DNA of 64,000 nt, taken from the NCBI GenBank assembly GCA_964202905.1, contig CAXNJO010000004.1, positions 416,001 to 480,000 of the forward strand, read 5' to 3'. A program made the position numbers and the translations under genes. This stretch comes from Polyangiales bacterium. GTDB taxonomy: Bacteria; Myxococcota_A; Polyangia; Polyangiales; JADJQN01. Below the pieces are notes generated by a model, which made no database searches, was not told the DNA's origin, and saw only the letters and a list, made by a program, of their open reading frames with translations. Positions 30,818 through 41,735 of the stretch are shown here, one piece after another. Within the stretch, counting starts at the first letter, position 1. The number at the start of each line of letters is the position of its first letter.

Positions 30818-32517
30818 TCAGGGCGCGCACTCGGACGCGAGCGGCAGCAGATCGCTGCGCCCGTAGCCCGAGAGCAGCGTGAGCAGCTGCATGCGCACGT
30901 CGTCGAGCGTCTCGCTCGTGCGGTTCACGGTGCCCGTCTGCGTCGCGGGGACGTTCTGCACGCAGAGGAACTTCGAATTGCCGCACGCGTCGAAGTCCTC
31001 GCAGCTCGTGTTGACGGCCGTCGCGGCCTCGAGGGCGACGTCGCCGTAGTACGCCTTGCCGTCGATCATCGTGAGGCGCACGTCGCGCGCATCCGCGTCG
31101 ATCACGGCGTCGTACGGATCGCCGCCGGTGCGCCCGATCACGGTGATGTCGGCGCGCGCGCCGACCGCGAGCCGACCGATCGTCGGCTCGAGCCCGACGA
31201 CGTCGGCGCCGTCGAGCGTCGCCATCTCCCAGAGGCGCTGCGACGTGACCGCGGCCACCCCGACGGTGCGCGCGTAGTCGCGGGCGAAGCGCAGTTCGCC
31301 GAGCATGTCGTCCTCGCCGGAGAGCGTCCAATCCGGGCCGAGGCCGACCGTGAGGCCGAGCGCGAGCCACGTCGCCGATGTCCGCCGGTGCCGCCGTAGA
31401 GCACCATGTTCGACGATGGGGACCACACCATCTTCGACTGCGTGTCGGCGGCCTCCATGAGCTGCGCCATCGAGAGCGGCACCGAGTGGATGAGCACCGC
31501 CGTGCCGACGTAGCCAGTGCCCGAGAGCAGCGACGTGCCGTTGTGCCGGTTCGTGCGCGGGTCGCGCCCCGCGAACGAGTCGAACTCGCTCGCGAGCGTC
31601 GGATCGGTGCCTTCGGCCATGTGCACCGCGAGGCGCGAGAGCGGCGAGGTCGCCGTGAAGCGGCTGACGTACGTCGCGGCCTGCGCGTCGGTGATGTCGC
31701 CCGGGTCTGCGATGTTGGTCGCGAGCTGCTCGTTGCCAATGCCATCGTAGTGGTCGGGGTTGCGTACGAAGGCGTTGACGCAGCCTTGCTGCGCCGAGCC
31801 GCCGAGTACGGTCGTCGTGCCGTGCACGATCGCGCGCAGCTCGCCCCACTTCGCGCACGGGCAGTAGACGGCGCCCGCGCTGCGCATGTCGGCGTAGGGG
31901 CGGATGAAGTCTTCGTAGCTCGGGTCGTTCGCCCACGTGTAGCGATCGATGTAGGGCATCGGCGGGATCCACTCGCCGAGGAAGTCGTAGGCGAGGTGGT
32001 TGTGCGAATCGATGAGGCCCGGCGAGAGGATGCCGTGCGTGTCGATCACCGTCGCCGCCGCGGCGCCCGGCGTCGCGCTGCAATCGGCCGCAACGCACGT
32101 GATCGCGTTGCCGACGACGAGCACCTCGCCCGGGTCGAGCACGCCCGTCGGCGTCAGCACGATCCCGCGGAGGAGGAGTCCCGCGGTGCCCGTACGCACG
32201 ACCTCAGCGGGCGGCGACGCGACGGACCCGCCGGCGCCGCCATCGGGCGCCCCCGCATCGATGCCCGCGTCGACCGCGCCGGCGTCGATGCCCGCATCGA
32301 GCGGCGGCACGTTGCCGTCGACGTCTCCCGCATCGAGCGGCGGCGTCACGTTGCCGTCGATGTCGCCCGCGTCGTCCGGCCCCGCGTCGAGCGGGCCCGC
32401 GTCGGACAGACCGCCACGCGGTCCGGGGCTGCCGCCACACGCGCCGAAGAGCGCGGCCGCGAGGATGAGGACGGTGGCATCGACGATCCGCATCGAAACG
32501 CGAGGGATGGTGGGCAT
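30818..32517 (-). CDS. Amidohydrolase-family lipoprotein (deaminase-like), indels near 31380
   Basis: Lipobox FGA-C, DAG linker, SPGLIDSHNH, VHMAEG, LIHS, WSPSSN, then GPDW and GRLAVGARADI in the next frame. Confidence 0.85.
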
Positions 32518-32585
32518 GGTGTGCCTGCGAGGAGAGCACGTCCGCGCGCGCGCTGTCGATAACGCGCGCCCGAGGAGGCCCACCG

Positions 32586-33017
32586 ATGAATCACCGTTCA
32601 CCCACGACACGTCCGCGTCACGCTCGCTCGTTGCGCTTCATCTCCCTGCTCGCGTTGTTCGCTTCGGGCTGCGACCCCGAGATCATCGGCCTCTTCCGGG
32701 GCCCCGCCGCGGCGCAACGCATCCCCCGCGCGGATGCGGCCCAGGCCGCGCGCGCGCCGACGGCGGGCGACCCGTGCAGCGCGCCGGACGACTGCGGGTC
32801 GATCCCCGGCGCGACCTGCCTGCCGTGGCCCGGGGGCTATTGCAGCGGCCCCTGCGAGCCGGATGGCGCGTGCCTCGAGGGCATCTGCGCCGACCCCGAC
32901 CATCCCGCGCATCCCGGCCCGCGCTGTCTGCGCGAGTGCGCCGACGACGGCGAGTGTCGCGCGGGCTACGCGTGCCGCGCGACCGTCGACGGACTCGTCT
33001 GCGTGCCCGCGTCCTGA
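32586..33017 (+). CDS. Small Cys-rich lipoprotein
   Basis: Lipobox ASG-C. Cys-rich domain GDPC...GGYCSGPC...CLRECADDGECRAGYAC. Confidence 0.75.
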   Translation: MNHRSPTTRPRHARSLRFISLLALFASGCDPEIIGLFRGPAAAQRIPRADAAQAARAPTAGDPCSAPDDCGSIPGATCLPWPGGYCSGPCEPDGACLEGICADPDHPAHPGPRCLRECADDGECRAGYACRATVDGLVCVPAS

Positions 33018-33047
33018 TCACCGCGCCGCGGAATGCCGCGGCCGCGA

Positions 33048-33827
33048 TCACTCGTCGTCGCGGGGGGGCGAGCCGGGATCCTCCGAAAAGCTCGGCACGC
33101 GCGAGGGGCGCGGGACGAGCATGGGGGGCGGCGACGCACCGGGAGACGGCTCGCGCGACGCGCCGGGCGGTGCGCCGCCAGGGAACATGGAGGCACGTCG
33201 CCCGGGCAGCACCGACGGGGAGCGCCCCTCCTGCAGCTCCGTCGGATCACCGATCAGCGCGAGGCAGCTCTTCACGATGGCCTTGAGCGTCTCGAAGACG
33301 CCGATCCCCGCGACGGCCTGCGCCTCGAACTCGGGCACGTCGGTCTCGACGGCGAGCAGCGCGCGGAGCTCGCTCGTCGCCATCGCCCCGGGCAGATCGC
33401 GCTTGTTGTATTGGACGACGAGGGGAAGCAGGTCGGGGTCGTCGCCCTGCATCATCAGGTTCGTCTCGAGGTTGCGGATGCTCTCGAGGTTGGCGTCGAG
33501 GCGGGCCTCCTGGCTGTCGACGACGAACACGATCCCGTCGACGTGACGCAGCACGAGACGGCGCGTGCGGTCGTAGGCGATCTGCCCCGGCACCGTGCAC
33601 AGGTGCAGGCGCAGGTCGTAGCCCCGGTACTTGCCGAGCTCGACGGGGAGCAGATCGAAGAAGAGCGTGCGCTCGGCCTCGTTGTTGAGCGAGATGAGGC
33701 GCCCGCGTTGCTCGGGGCGAGTCCGCGCGTGGATCTGCTCGAGGTTGGTGGTCTTGCCGCCGAGCCCGGGACCGTAATAGACGATCTTCAGGTGGATCTC
33801 GCGTCGGGCGTGCTGCACGAGCGGCAT
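33048..33827 (-). CDS. MglA-family small GTPase paralog with Pro/Ser-rich C-terminal extension
   Basis: KIVYYGPGLGGKTTNL, ERTLFFDLLP, TVPGQ, VFVVDSQ, QYNKRD and GVFETLK match MglA motifs. No mglB neighbour. Divergent from canonical MglA, so no symbol is assigned. Confidence 0.9.
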   Translation of the reverse strand: MPLVQHARREIHLKIVYYGPGLGGKTTNLEQIHARTRPEQRGRLISLNNEAERTLFFDLLPVELGKYRGYDLRLHLCTVPGQIAYDRTRRLVLRHVDGIVFVVDSQEARLDANLESIRNLETNLMMQGDDPDLLPLVVQYNKRDLPGAMATSELRALLAVETDVPEFEAQAVAGIGVFETLKAIVKSCLALIGDPTELQEGRSPSVLPGRRASMFPGGAPPGASREPSPGASPPPMLVPRPSRVPSFSEDPGSPPRDDE

Positions 33828-33898
33828 ACAGCCCCTAGCGGTACCGAACGGGAGGCTTTTTGTCGATCCCAAACCGCCGCCGTGGCACATCCAGCCCC

Positions 33899-34261
33899 GT
33901 GAACGGCCGTTCCCCCCATGTTTTCGCTGTCTTTTTCGCGTCGGCCGCCGCGCTCGTCGGCGCGTCGTGCGGGGGCACGAGCGCCCTCCCACCGCCCGCG
34001 GTGCACGCGGACCTCCGCGCGCTCCAGTCCGCCGAGGCCAGGCTCGCCCGGGGCGCGGCGCGCGCCGCGGACCCCGGCGCAGGCTGTTCGTCGCGCTGCG
34101 AGGCCGCGGAAGAGGCACGTTTCGGCGCCGACAACGCGTGCCGCGTCGCGGAGAGCACCGACGACGCCGACATCGACACGCGCTGCGACCGCGCGCAGTC
34201 CCGTGCGACACAGACGCGCGCGCAGGTCGAGGCGGCGTGCGCGTGCGGGGCGCGGCGATGA
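33899..34261 (+). CDS. Small Cys-containing lipoprotein, hypothetical
   Basis: Hydrophobic stretch ending GAS-C. Helical body with several Cys. Stop overlaps the next ATG. Start uncertain. Confidence 0.6.
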   Translation: MNGRSPHVFAVFFASAAALVGASCGGTSALPPPAVHADLRALQSAEARLARGAARAADPGAGCSSRCEAAEEARFGADNACRVAESTDDADIDTRCDRAQSRATQTRAQVEAACACGARR

Positions 34262-35490
34262 GCGCGGAATCACGCGGAGGCGCGCCGGCGCCCGGCGAGC
34301 ACTGGATCGTGGCGGCCGAGGCCGTGCTCGCAGGGCGCGCAGCCCCCGGCGAGGACGTCGACGTACTCCGCGGCGAGAGCCCGCCGCTCGTCGACGCAGC
34401 GCTGCTCGGCGCGCTCGGTCAGGCGATGCTCGCCGCCAGCATCTGGGCCGCGACGGTGTTCCGCGAGCAGGTCACCGAGGCCGCGATCGACCCGCTCCTG
34501 CTGCTGCTGCGCCTGCTCGCGCTCGGGCTCAGCGTGCGCACCGCCCTGCTCTTCGTGGGGCTCTTCCGGCGCGTGCGGCTGCTGCTCGACGCGCGGCGCC
34601 ACGCCCTCGTGATCGCCCCCGAGGGGCTCCTGCTCCGCACGCGGAGCGGGGATGTGCCGCTGCCGAAGGCGTGGATCGTCGGCGTGGTCGAGCGCGGCGA
34701 CTGGCGCGCGCGGGCCGGGCGGCGGACGAGCGAGGTCTACGTCGTGACGGCGCCGGAGTCGGGGCGCACGCACGTGGCGCTGCCGCCGATCTTCGACGCG
34801 ACGCCGGGCGTGCTCGCCGAGCGGCTGATGCGCTGGCGGGGCGCGGTGCCCGGCTCCGATGCCGACCGACCGGAGCCCGTGCGGCTCGCGAGCAAGCTCT
34901 ACGACGAGGTCGCAGCGGGCGCGCGGCCGGAGGGTGTGGCGGTGATCCGGCACGGGCGCGGCTGGCTCGTGCGCGGGCCGTACGCCTCGGTGTTGCTCGG
35001 CGTCGCGGTGCTCGTCGGCTTCGCGCGGCTGCCGGCGGGCACGCTCGCGCTCATCGGCCCACTGGCGCCCGTCGCCATCGGCGCGTGTCTCGCGCTGGTC
35101 CCCGCGCTCTGGATGTGGCTGGTGCGACGCGAGATCCGGCCGCGCCGCGGGCTGGCGCTCGTGCTCACGCCGGCCGAGGCGCTCATGCGGACGCGTGCCG
35201 GCGTCGTGCGCGTCGCCTGGCGCGCGGTCGCGCGGCTCTCCGTGGAGACGAAGAGCGCCTGGTCGCTGCTCCAGGGGCACCACGGGGCGCGCCACCTGCT
35301 GCTCGCGCGGCGCAACGAGCCCGAGGTCCGCTACGACGAGGCCTACCTCGGCGTGCCCGCGGAGGTCGCGCTCGCGCTCTGCGAGGCCTATCGGCGGGGC
35401 GCGCTGCCCCTCCCCGAGACCCTGGCGGCGATGCCCGACGCCGCGCCCGCGGGCAGCGAGACGACCGCCGCCCCGTCGCGCGACGCGTAG
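34258..35490 (+). CDS. Membrane protein, hypothetical (two TM-hairpin plus soluble-domain halves)
   Basis: ATG 34258. Two pairs of hydrophobic helices, each followed by a similar segment (ALVIAPEGLLLRTRSG / ALVLTPAEALMRTRAG). Confidence 0.75.
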   Translation: MSAESRGGAPAPGEHWIVAAEAVLAGRAAPGEDVDVLRGESPPLVDAALLGALGQAMLAASIWAATVFREQVTEAAIDPLLLLLRLLALGLSVRTALLFVGLFRRVRLLLDARRHALVIAPEGLLLRTRSGDVPLPKAWIVGVVERGDWRARAGRRTSEVYVVTAPESGRTHVALPPIFDATPGVLAERLMRWRGAVPGSDADRPEPVRLASKLYDEVAAGARPEGVAVIRHGRGWLVRGPYASVLLGVAVLVGFARLPAGTLALIGPLAPVAIGACLALVPALWMWLVRREIRPRRGLALVLTPAEALMRTRAGVVRVAWRAVARLSVETKSAWSLLQGHHGARHLLLARRNEPEVRYDEAYLGVPAEVALALCEAYRRGALPLPETLAAMPDAAPAGSETTAAPSRDA

Positions 35491-35541
35491 CCCCTTGTCG
35501 CGAGCGCTGCTGGGGACCCGCACGAGCGCGGTGCCACGCGA

Positions 35542-38500
35542 TCAAGGCGCCGACGCGCGCGGCACCACGGCGATCGCGACCACACGGACCTCGCCGTCGA
35601 CGCGCACCGCGAGCGGCGACGGGAGACCGGTCTCAGGCAGCTCGAACGCCAGCTCCTGCGGGCCGGGCGCGAGCGGCCGCGCGGGGTCGAGACCGTCGAT
35701 CGCGAGCGCGGGCGCGTCGCCCTGCCCCGTCGCGACGACGCGGACCACGAGGCGCGACGGGCTCGGTGGCGCACCGCCCGACGGGAGCGCGAGCCGCGCC
35801 CCGTCGCCGGGCACGCAACCGGCCTCCGCGGGCCCCGCCGGAGACGCCTCTCCGCCTGCGCACCGCCAGCGCGCCGAGACGCACGCCGGCCGCGCGACGC
35901 AGGTCGGCGCCCCGCCTGCTCGCGCGGCGCAGCGCGCCCGACTCGACGAGCAGCCCGACGCCGCCCGGGAGCGGCTCTGCGGCGCCGAGCGCCGCGACGA
36001 GGAGCGCCGGCGCGCGTCGGTCGCGGAGGCGCATGAGCGCGCGTGCCTCGGCGACACGCGCCCCCGGGTAGCGCTCGACGCGGAGCGCTGCGACGAGCGC
36101 GTCCCCGGCGGCGCGCTCCCCGAGCAGACCGAGCGCGTCGGCCGCGTCCGTCCGCAGCACGAGATCGGCGAGCAGCGCCTCGAGCGCGCCCCGCGCCGTG
36201 CGCACGCCGAGCCGTCCGAGCGCACGCACGGCGGCGCCCCGGGCATCGCTCGGCGCTGCAGCGTCGCGCGCGAGCGCCTCGAGCACCGACGCGCCCGCCG
36301 CGTCCCCCGCCACCGCGAGCGCGAGCGCAGCGCGCCGCGCCCGCTCGACGCCCGCCGCGCCGCACGCTGCGCCTCCCTGCGCGCACGCGTCCGCGACGAT
36401 CGACACGAGCGCAGCGCGCGCGTCCGGCTCGCCGAGCAGGAACGCCGCGAGCGACGCCTCGGCGCGCACCGACGCATCAGGATCCGCAGCGCGCAGACGG
36501 CGAAGCGTCGGCAACGCGGGCGCAGCGCGGAGCGCGCCGAGCGCGGCGGCGGCCTCGGCGCGAAGCCCGGCGTCGTCCGCGCCGAGCAGCGCGAGCAGGG
36601 CCGGCGCTGCGCTGCGATCGCCGAGCCGCGCGCGGGCGAGCGGCGCACGCACGTCGTCCATCGCCTCGACGCGCGGGATCGACGCGAGCAGCCCGCCGAG
36701 CGCGTCGCGCAGCGCCGTGAGTTCCGCGTCGCGCGCGCCCGCCACGTCGCGCCGCTCGCCCGGATCGGTCGCGAGATCGTAAAGGCGACACGCGTCCTCT
36801 TGCTCTGCGCAGATCGCCTTGAGCCGCCCGTCGGTGACCATCCACTCCTCGCCTAGCGAGGCGAAGGCGAAGCGCGGCGCAGCCGACGCGGCGCCGAGGA
36901 GCAGCGCGCCGAGGTCGTCCCCGCGCATGCGGACATCGGGCGGAACCCCCAACGCGGCGAGGATCGTGGGCGCGAGATCGACGAGCTCGACCGGCGCATC
37001 GACGACCGCGGGTCGCACGGCGCCGGGTGACGACCAGAGCAGCGGCACGCGCGCCTGCTCGTCGTAGAGGCTCGTCCCGTGGAAGCGCGCGCCGTGCTCG
37101 CCGAACTCCTCGCCGTGATCGGCCGTGACGATGACCGTGCCGCGCGGCCGCCGTGCCCGGAACGCCCGCACCAGCGCGCCGACCCCCGCGTCCGCGGCGG
37201 CCACCTCGCCCTCGTATCGCGCGCGCTCCGACTCACCGCGCGCGAAGGCCGGCGGCGGCTCGTACGGCTCGTGCGGCTCGAAGAGGTGCGCCCACACGAA
37301 GAGCGGCGCGTCGTCCGGGGTGCCCGCGAGCCACGCCTCGACCTGCTGCGCGCGCGCCTCGGCGCTCGCCCACCCGACCTCGCGCTGCGCGAACCCGAAG
37401 CCCGACGCGCGCAGCGGCGCGAGCGGCTCGGCGTCCACGAAGAAGACGGCCGGCGGGAAGAACGCGGCCGTGCGCACGCCGGCGGCGCCCAGCAAGGAGG
37501 CGATCGTCGGGCGCGCAGCGCCGTCCGGCCGCAGCGCGAGCACCGCGCGCAGGTATGTGCCCGTGAAGAGGCTCCCGAGCGCGTGCGAGGTGTGCGGCGT
37601 CGGCGTGTACGCGCGGCGGAACACGACACTCTCCCGCGCGAGGGCGTCGAGCGCCGGCGTGCGCCCGGCACCGCCGTACGCGGCGAGCGCGTCCGCGCGG
37701 AGCGCATCGACGGTGATGAGCAGCACGCTCCGGTCACCGAGCGCGAGCGCATGCGCGGCGGCGGGGCCCTGCGATCCCGCCGCGACGGGCGGCGGCGTCG
37801 GGCCCCGCGACGAACGCGCGGGGAGCGGTCGGGGCGTCGCGCGACGGAGCGCGGCGACGGCCTTGCCCGTCAGCGGCGCGAACTGCTCGGCCGCGTAGCG
37901 CGCACTCGCGTCGAGGCGGAGCGCCCAGAGCGCAGGCGCCGCGCAGAGCACCCCGAGCACGACGACGCCGAACGCCGCCCGCGCCCAGCGGTTCGACGGG
38001 CGCGACGCGAGCGGCACGAGGTCGGCCGCGACGGTCGCCGCGACCACCGCGACCACCGCGAGAGCGACGTGGAACGCCTCGTAACTCCTCGGGAATACGC
38101 GCTGATCCGCCAGCGCGGAGGCCAACGCGACGCCGAGCAGCGCGAGCGTCGCAACGCCCCGCGCCCCCCGCGACGCTGCCCGGCGCGCGCGCACCCAGCG
38201 CACAGCGAGCGCGGCCACGACGCCCGCGACGAGCGCGGCGACGAGCGCGACGAGCGCCGCGCGCCCGGGCAGCGCGTGCACGCGGCGGCCGCTCGTCAGC
38301 CGCCAGAAGAGGACGTCGAGCGCGGGCGCCGCCGTGACGAAGACGACGGCCGCGAGCCGCCGCCGGCGCTTCCATCAGCGCGGCGGCCCGCGCGCGACCG
38401 CGCGCAGCGCGAGGTCCGATCGCGCTGCAGAGCGTCGCGACTGGCGCCGACTCCCGACCGCCGCCGAGGCCAGCCGCGCCGCGTGCGCCGGATCGCGCTC

Positions 38501-38629
38501 GGCTGCACGCAGCGCCGCGAGCCCCACCTCGCCGAGCGCGAGCGCGGCCGCCGCGAGCCCCGACCGCGCGACCGCACGGCTGAACGCGGGGCCACACGGC
38601 GCGCAGTCGACGCGCGGCGCGTCGCTCAC
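35542..38629 (-). CDS. Membrane-anchored sulfatase/alkaline-phosphatase-fold protein with HEAT repeats, several indels
   Basis: GTG overlaps the recG stop. N-terminal TM helices; LLITVDALRAD, TPHTS, HLFEPHEPY, TADHGEEFGEHG, LYDLATDPGE; C-terminal HEAT units. Confidence 0.8.
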
Positions 38630-41184
38630 CCGGCCTCTTCGCGCACCACCGACCGCGGCGACGCGGCGAGCCGCGCGAGCGCACGGCGCGCCCCTTCGTT
38701 CGCGGGATCCGTGAGCGCCGGGTCCGCCGCGAGCATCTGCCGCGCGGACGTGCGTGCCCGCTCGAGCAGCGCGAGATCGCGGCGCAGATCGCCGAATCGG
38801 AAGCCCGGCAGCCCCGACTGCTTGCGCCCGAACAGCTCGCCCGGGCCGCGGATGCGCAGGTCTTCCTCGGCGATGCGGAATCCGTCGTTCGTTTCGCAGA
38901 GCACACGCAGCCGCGCGACGGCGTCGTCCCCGCTCGCCCGGTGCACGAGCAGGCACGCGCTCGCCTGCCCGCCCCGACCGACGCGCCCGCGGAGCTGGTG
39001 CAGCTGCGCAAGCCCGAAGCGCTCCGCGTGCTCGATGAGGATCACGTTCGCGCGCGGCACGTCGACGCCGACCTCCACGACGGTCGTCGACACGAGCACG
39101 CGCACCTCGCCGCGGGCGAAGCGCTCCATCGCGCGCTGCTTCTGCTCGGCGGGGAGCCGCCCGTGGAGGAGCTCGACGCCCTGCGCCGCGAAGCGCACGC
39201 GGAGCTCTTCGTATGTGCCGGTCGCGTCGCGGAGGTCGACCTCCTCGGACTCCTCGACGAGCGGACAGACGACGAAGGCCTGCCCGCCCGCGTCGAGGGC
39301 GCGCGTGAGCTGCACGTACGCGTCCTCGCGACGCGCCTCGGGGTAGGCGCGCGTGACGGACGGGCGGCGCCCGGGGGGCAGCGCGTCGATCGCGCTGACG
39401 TCGAGGTCGCCGTAGAGCGCGAGCGCGAGCGTGCGCGGGATGGGGGTCGCCGTCATGACGAGCAGGTGCGGGAGCACCGGGCGGGCCTGCGCGCCGCCGC
39501 TCTTCTCGACGAGGCGGAGGCGCTGCGAGACGCCGAAGCGGTGTTGCTCGTCGACGACGACGAGCCGCAGACGGCGGAAGACCACGCCCTCGACGAGCAG
39601 GGCGTGCGTGCCGACCGCGACGTCGATGGTCCCCTCCGCGAGGGCCTTGCGCACGCTGCGCTTGTGGGACGCCCGCGCCCCGCCGACGACGAGCGCCATC
39701 CGCAGCCCGAGCGCCCGCGCGAGCGGCTCGAGCGAGCGGAAGTGCTGCTCGGCGAGGACTTCCGTCGGCGCCATCATCACGGCCTGCGCGCCCGACGCGA
39801 CCGCGTGCGCGCACGCGAGCATCGCGACGGCGGTCTTGCCGCAGCCGACGTCGCCCTGCAGCAGGCGGCGCATCGGCGCGTCGCGACCGAGGTCGGCGCC
39901 GATCTCGGCGAGGGCGCGCTCCTGCGCGTCGGTGAGCGTGAACGGCAGCGCGGCGCGCGCGCGCGCGAGCGGCGCCGCCGCGGGGACGAGCGCCTCGGCG
40001 TGCAGGCCGGCCTCCTCCGCGCGACGTGTGTGCAGCGCCAGCTCGAGCAAGAAGAACTCCTCGTAGGCGAGGCGTGCGTGAAAGCGGGTGCGGCCCTCGT
40101 TCCACGCGGCGAGCGCGGCGTCGTCGAGATCGGCGGGCGGATCGTGGAGCGCGCGCAAGGCACCGACGAGCGACGGCAACCCCTCGGCGTCGCGCACCGC
40201 CGCGGGCACCGCCTCCGGGTACGTCCCCTCGAGCCGCTCCACCGCGGCACGCGCCGACCGCGCCACGAGGCGCGCCGGGACGCCCGGCAGCTCCGGGTAG
40301 CGCGGTGCCACGCCGACGGCGGCGTCCTGCTCGCCATCGAGGCGCGCGGCGTCCGGATGCGACATCGAGAGCACGCCGCGGAACTCGTCCACCAGCCCCG
40401 CGAGCCGGAAGCGTGCCCCGCGCGGAAAGCGCTGCGCGAGCCCGAAGCCCGCCTGGAACCAGATGCAGCGCAGCATGCCCACGCGGCCGCCGCGCTCCTC
40501 CTCCGTGGGCTCGAACGTGACCTCGACGAAGCGACGCCGCCCGCCCCCCGACCGCGCCGCGGCGACGAGCCCGACGACGACCTGCCGCGTCCCGGGCGCG
40601 AGCTCGCCGAAGGGCGTCGTGCGCCGCTCGTCGTCGTAGCGGCGCGGCAGGAGCAGCGCGAGCTCCCCCACGGTGTCGATCCCACGCCGCCGCAGCGCGT
40701 CCCCCGCACGCGGTCCGATCCCGGGCACCGACTCGACTGGCCGGTCGAGCGCCTCGAGCCTGCCCGCCTCGTCGTCCGCCAGTGCCTGGGCCTGACGCCG
40801 TTGACGCGCCGCGTCACGACGTGTGTCGTGCGAGGACCGCGCGCGCCGTTGGCCCGGCCCGGCGCCCTCGTCGCGCGGCGTGGCCCCACCGGGCGACGTC
40901 GCCAGCGCCGGCGTGCCCTCCGGCGCAGCGCGCGAGCCGCCCCGCGCCTCACGCCCCGCGTACGCTTGCGACACGCCGCGCTGCGCGGCGGCGGCCGCGA
41001 CGCGCAGCGCGTCGGCCGTGCGCGCCTTCGCCAGCCGCTCGGCCGCGGCGACCAACCCCGCGTCGTCCCCGGCGATCGCGAGGATCCCGCGGACGCACGC
41101 GTCCAGCTCACCACTCGGCACGCTCGCGGGATCGACCACGATCCGCCCGAGCGTCCGCACGATCTCGGCGGGATCCGCGCTCAT
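38626..41184 (-). CDS. recG: ATP-dependent DNA helicase RecG
   Basis: MRRLLQGDVGCGKT, MAPTEVLAEQH, DEQHRFG, MTATPIPRT, AERFGLAQLHQLRGRVGRG, DGFRIAEEDLRIRGPGE. Confidence 0.97.
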   Translation of the reverse strand: MSADPAEIVRTLGRIVVDPASVPSGELDACVRGILAIAGDDAGLVAAAERLAKARTADALRVAAAAAQRGVSQAYAGREARGGSRAAPEGTPALATSPGGATPRDEGAGPGQRRARSSHDTRRDAARQRRQAQALADDEAGRLEALDRPVESVPGIGPRAGDALRRRGIDTVGELALLLPRRYDDERRTTPFGELAPGTRQVVVGLVAAARSGGGRRRFVEVTFEPTEEERGGRVGMLRCIWFQAGFGLAQRFPRGARFRLAGLVDEFRGVLSMSHPDAARLDGEQDAAVGVAPRYPELPGVPARLVARSARAAVERLEGTYPEAVPAAVRDAEGLPSLVGALRALHDPPADLDDAALAAWNEGRTRFHARLAYEEFFLLELALHTRRAEEAGLHAEALVPAAAPLARARAALPFTLTDAQERALAEIGADLGRDAPMRRLLQGDVGCGKTAVAMLACAHAVASGAQAVMMAPTEVLAEQHFRSLEPLARALGLRMALVVGGARASHKRSVRKALAEGTIDVAVGTHALLVEGVVFRRLRLVVVDEQHRFGVSQRLRLVEKSGGAQARPVLPHLLVMTATPIPRTLALALYGDLDVSAIDALPPGRRPSVTRAYPEARREDAYVQLTRALDAGGQAFVVCPLVEESEEVDLRDATGTYEELRVRFAAQGVELLHGRLPAEQKQRAMERFARGEVRVLVSTTVVEVGVDVPRANVILIEHAERFGLAQLHQLRGRVGRGGQASACLLVHRASGDDAVARLRVLCETNDGFRIAEEDLRIRGPGELFGRKQSGLPGFRFGDLRRDLALLERARTSARQMLAADPALTDPANEGARRALARLAASPRSVVREEAG

Positions 41185-41212
41185 GGAGCTCCCCGACCCC
41201 GCGCCGTCGCGG

Positions 41213-41686
41213 TCAGGACCAGCGGACCTCGAGCACCTCGTAGACCTTCACGCCACCGGGCGCGCGGACCTGCACCTCGTCGCCGACCTCGCGGCCGATC
41301 ATCGCGCGCGCCATCGGCGACGTCACCGAGATCGATCCCTGCTCGAGGTTCGCCTCCTCCGGGCCGACGATGCGGTACTCGATCAGCTTGCCGCTCGACG
41401 CCTCCTCGAGCTTCACGAAGGCCCCGAACTTGACCTTGGTGCCGCCCAGCGTCGACACGTCGATGACCTCGGCCCGCGCGAGTTTGTCCTCGATGTCGTT
41501 GATCCGCGCCTCGATGAGGCCCTGCTTGTCCTTCGCGGCGTGGTACTCGGCGTTCTCGCGGAGGTCGCCGTGCTCGCGCGCGACGCCGATCTCGGCCGAC
41601 ACCTTCGGGCGCTCGACGTCCTTGAGGTGACGCAACTCTTCTTTCAGCTGCGCGTGGCCTTTCGGCGTCATCGGCACTTTGTCCAT
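41213..41686 (-). CDS. greA: Transcription elongation factor GreA
   Basis: AREHGDLRENAEYHAAK and ISVTSPMARAMIG. Confidence 0.97.
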   Translation of the reverse strand: MDKVPMTPKGHAQLKEELRHLKDVERPKVSAEIGVAREHGDLRENAEYHAAKDKQGLIEARINDIEDKLARAEVIDVSTLGGTKVKFGAFVKLEEASSGKLIEYRIVGPEEANLEQGSISVTSPMARAMIGREVGDEVQVRAPGGVKVYEVLEVRWS

Positions 41687-41735
41687 GGTCCCGCTTGGTA
41701 CACCTCACCGCGATCCCGGGCAAGGCTGTCGCGCG

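Noticed and set aside
33048..33827. Calling this gene canonical mglA
   Set aside because: No adjacent mglB, a divergent N-terminus and an extra C-terminal tail, so it is treated as a paralog.
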